Assembly: GCF_009914755.1 (NCBI RefSeq)
Contig: NC_060928.1
Direction: 5' to 3' (one strand)
Length of the DNA stretch: 64,000 bases
DNA from: the human T2T-CHM13v2.0 reference genome, Homo sapiens
Positions 60,442 through 64,000 of this stretch are shown here, piece by piece. Within the stretch, counting starts at the first letter, position 1; every line of letters begins with the position of its first letter. The notes under the pieces are model-generated. The model saw only the letters and a list, made by a program, of their open reading frames with translations, ran no database searches and had not been told where the DNA came from. Both the position numbers and the translations under genes were made by a program.

Positions 60442-61900
60442 TGTGGTAGATTAAATATGGCCACACATTCTCTACAGCTCTTCCCATAAGGATGAGTCTA
60501 TTTCTGTATACATCTTGAATCTGTATTGGCCTTGTGACTTGCTTGGCCAATATAATGTAGTGGTAGTAAAGATGTATAAGTTGTGGAGCACAGGCCTCAA
60601 GAGACCTTGCAGATTTAGGCTTTATCCTCCTTAACTACTTCCACCTCTATCTAAGGAAATGCAGGATAGCCTACTGAATGACAAGAGAACACATGAAGAG
60701 GGCTCAGCCAACAGCCAGCATCATTCTCTTATTCCCTGCAACCCCAGGCAAGCTGTTAGTACACTGTAACCACATAATTGCCCAACAGAGAACTTTGCAA
60801 ATAATCCAAGAATCAAGAGAAAAATAAATTTCATTTTAAGCCACTGAATCTTAGTGTGATTTGTTAAATTTATAAATATTTAGCTGATAGCAAAATTGGT
60901 ACCTAGAGGTAGATTTCAGCTCTGATATAGACATGAAAATATGGCATTGGCTTTAAGACCAGGTGGTGGGTCAATGATAGAGAATGAATTATGAGACTAT
61001 TAGAGGAGGCTGGAAAAGTAATGAGGAAACTGTTATGGGAGGCAGGAGAATGGACATCCGTGTTATGTAATTCCTGTACAATTAGCATAACTATTGCCTG
61101 TGGTAACTTAGAAGATAGAGAATATACCTGCCTTAGTCAGTTTAGGATGTTATGATAAAAATGCCATGGACCAAGTAGCTTGAACAAGAGAAACTTATTT
61201 CTCTCTCTTCTGGAGGCTGGAAAGTCCAAGATTATGGTGCCAATTTATTTGGTTCCCGATAGGAGTCTTCTTCCTGGTTTGCAGATGAATACCTTCTTAC
61301 TGTATTCTCACATGGCAGAAAGAGATGATCTCTTTTGTGTCTTTTTGTAAGGACACCCATCCTATTCACGAGGGACCACCCTCATAACTTAATTACCTCC
61401 CACCTCCAAATACATTACATTGGGAATTAAGTTTGAACATGTCAATGTTGTGGGGGATACAAACATTCAATCCATGGCAATACCTAAAGAATATATAGCT
61501 CTGACAAAATAGATTTATAGACAGAATACTGAATGTGACAAGCTGCTTCTGTTAGTGTATGATAAGACACAGAAAGAAAGAAACTATAAGAGACTGTTCA
61601 GTTTGCAAGCCAAAACTATGAAAAGTATAGAAGTACCAGGACTTGCTGGATTGGAGAACAAACCACCTTTCACCCAGTCTTCTAGCTGGTAAAAAAAAAA
61701 TTATCAATCAAATGAGGCCTGCAAGTAAATATCAAGTCGTGTGTGGCCATGAGACCCTTTCCAAAAGGTATTGCTAAGCCAGTGTCTGCATAGACTCTTA
61801 CCTAGAAAACTCTAAATAGACTCTTTTTCTAGAAAATAGGGCATTTGAGAATCTTAAAAATATCCTCCCACAGCAGCCTCATATGTAGACTGAAGTAGAA
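60442..61900 (+). mobile_element. MLT1G/H-type LTR (to about 60891) plus internal region, interrupted by MLT1A
   Basis: TGTGGTAGATTAAATATGGCCAC start; AAATTGGTACC internal start at ~60893. Confidence 0.75.
61129..61479 (-). mobile_element. MLT1A-type solo LTR
   Basis: TGCCTTAGTCAG...CAAACATTCAATCCATGGCA; TSD ATACC. Confidence 0.88.
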
Positions 61901-63201
61901 ATTTGGGAGTCCTCAGTAGGTAGATAATACATAAAGTCACAAAACTGGATGAGATAGACAAGGAAAAATTGGTAGAGTCAGTGAACAAGAGTCAATATAA
62001 CTAAAGAGTTATAGCAATTGAGACGATATAATAAGCAGGAGAAGAGCAGTGTTAGCTTGCCATTGAGATTTCAGAGGTGCTACTCTAGTTATTGGTGATG
62101 ACAATAAAAGTGTGTGGCAAAGGAGGGGGTAGGGGAAAAGATGGGTAGGCGTGAGAAACCACAGTGCTTGATGACTTCTTTGTGGTTGTTGACATCACCA
62201 AGAATGATAGCAGCTTTAGTAGAGGAGGGAAATCCCAAGCTCTGCTGTCTTCATCCTTTGTTAAATCAAGATTCAGGTGTTTTTGTTTTTGTCTTTATCC
62301 CTTTCAAGTGTTTTAGATTCTGTCAAAAAATAGATTTTTCAAAAAGCAAGTTCCTAAGCTATGGCAAACTATAATGGATTATTTTGTGAGAAAATAAGCC
62401 TAAAGGAGAAAATGATCAGAGAAATCTCAGTTAAGGAAGTCAGTGTGGTGGATCTCTCACTTCACATATCCCCTTGGAATAAGAGCTCTTCTGGAGAAGA
62501 ACAAGTCTGAAATAAAATGTTGGAAAAAAATCAATAAATGATATTATATGTGAGGCCATATTCTCTCCTGCTGATGCATATTTTTATACTTAGCATCTCC
62601 AGAAAACAATGGTATAAATTAAAAAGAGAGGCTAAATAAGGTAGTGTCTATTCAGTTCTTTTTCTGTCACTAGAGAGTTTTTCTAGGGTTACCAAGAATT
62701 TATGTTTTGCTCTGTGATGGCTTAAATTTGGTAGAAGAAGCAGTTTGGGTAGCAACGTATCTGTGACATAGTTCCCTAATTAATAGTACTTAGGTCTGCA
62801 TCTTTATGCTGAATAGACACAAAGAAAATTATCTGACCTCTATTACTCAAAAAGATAAATTTAACATCTCTAAATTTCCAAGATTTCCAAAGATTTCAAG
62901 ATTTCCATAGAATTGTTTGGAAATTGTTTGGAAATGAAGATTTCCAAGATTTCCACAGGATTGTTACATTTATTGAGAAAATACAAAATGTATAAAAGCT
63001 GCTTTAAAATTATATAATGTTTTCAAATCAATTTGTATTTAAAGTGATAATTGCAACATGTATGTTTAAATATATACTAAAATTATATATGTATATACAC
63101 ATACACATATATAATTTAAATGCTTTTATTTCTCTGATATAAAATGCTTGGTGCTTATTTGGGTTTGAAAAGTTCTCACAGTCTCCCAGGGAACATGGTC
63201 C

Positions 63202-63755
63202 TGTCAATAAAAAATTGCACAGGACAAAGTTAAACAAGTAAGGAAGACTTTCGTCAAGACTATTGCAATAGGAGAGAGAGATTGAACTCAACTTCTCGGA
63301 AACAAAAGGCAGGGGGGTTTTAAGAGCTGGGCTGAGCTAGTAGAAAAGTACTGGAGGATATTGGGAGGGAGGGTGATAAATGGAATGTGTCAAGTAAATA
63401 GAGTTATTCCTGAGTTTGCAGGAATGTTTTTCTGTGTGATTAGTCCATCTGTGTTTGCTACTTGACAACAAGTAGATTGCTACCCTCCACAGAGACCAGG
63501 AGATAAGGGTGCTATTGTCCTTGGTTACATTTCAAAGGGGTGGCTCCAGGTTCTTGAGAAAGACAGTCCTGGGTGGTAAAACTGTCAAAAGGGTGGCAGA
63601 TTTTACATACATTTCAAAAGGATGAGAAAGAATGTGCAATGACAGGTTTTCTAAATTAAATTCTGTAAGCAAAGGGAGGTCAGAAGCCTATAGTCAAAAA
63701 GAAGTCTGCCTAAAGTTTACTCAAGCTGAGGGCAACTTTAAGGTCATCTGGGTCA
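63202..63755 (-). mobile_element. MER67/MER31-type ERV1 solo LTR
   Basis: TGTCAATAAAAAA...CTAAAGTTTACTCAAGCTGAGGG...GGTCA; approximate TSD GTCC/ATCC. Confidence 0.78.
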
Positions 63756-63789
63756 ATCCCCAGGTTAAAAACACTGATTTTTAGACTAC

Positions 63790-63985
63790 TTGTTATAGGA
63801 AGCCCACTAGACCAGAATTGAAAGTCCAGAGTTTTAGCATTAGCTTTCCCATGGCTAGCTATAGCTCTTGAGCAGATTGCTTAAACTCTCTAAGCCAGAA
63901 TCTTCAGGATAAAAATATAAATAATTACATCTACTGTGACTATTTATAAGGATTATCATCAGGTTCAAATAAGATAAGGAATACT
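63790..63985 (+). mobile_element. MIR
   Basis: TTGAGCAGATTGCTTAAACTCTCTAAGCC core. Confidence 0.65.
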
Positions 63986-64000
63986 AGAATAAATGTCTAT

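Overview
AT-rich, CpG-poor primate (probably human/great ape) non-coding DNA made mostly of interspersed repeats: Alus (J, S, Y), L1s of several ages (L1PA, L1PB/MA-type, L1MC/ME), MaLR LTRs (THE1/MST/MLT1), ERV1 solo LTRs (LTR12, MER41-like, MER67-like), two decayed ERV-L proviral relics, L2, MIR, Tigger and MADE1, plus a ~550-bp purine-pyrimidine VNTR. I found no host protein-coding exon, RNA gene or novel multi-gene system; the ORF track is explained by L1 ORF2, ERV-L pol relics, Alu/LTR sequence and microsatellite artefacts. The most unusual structure is a circularly permuted THE1 element (6687-8609: 3' internal part, one LTR, 5' internal part, with the outer ends adjacent in the internal consensus), which looks like a germline-integrated 1-LTR circle. 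Also notable are an L1PA with a 35-bp 3' transduction and several fold-back (templated) micro-insertions. Subfamily names come from recalled consensus motifs, not a RepeatMasker run, and boundaries of old elements are approximate.
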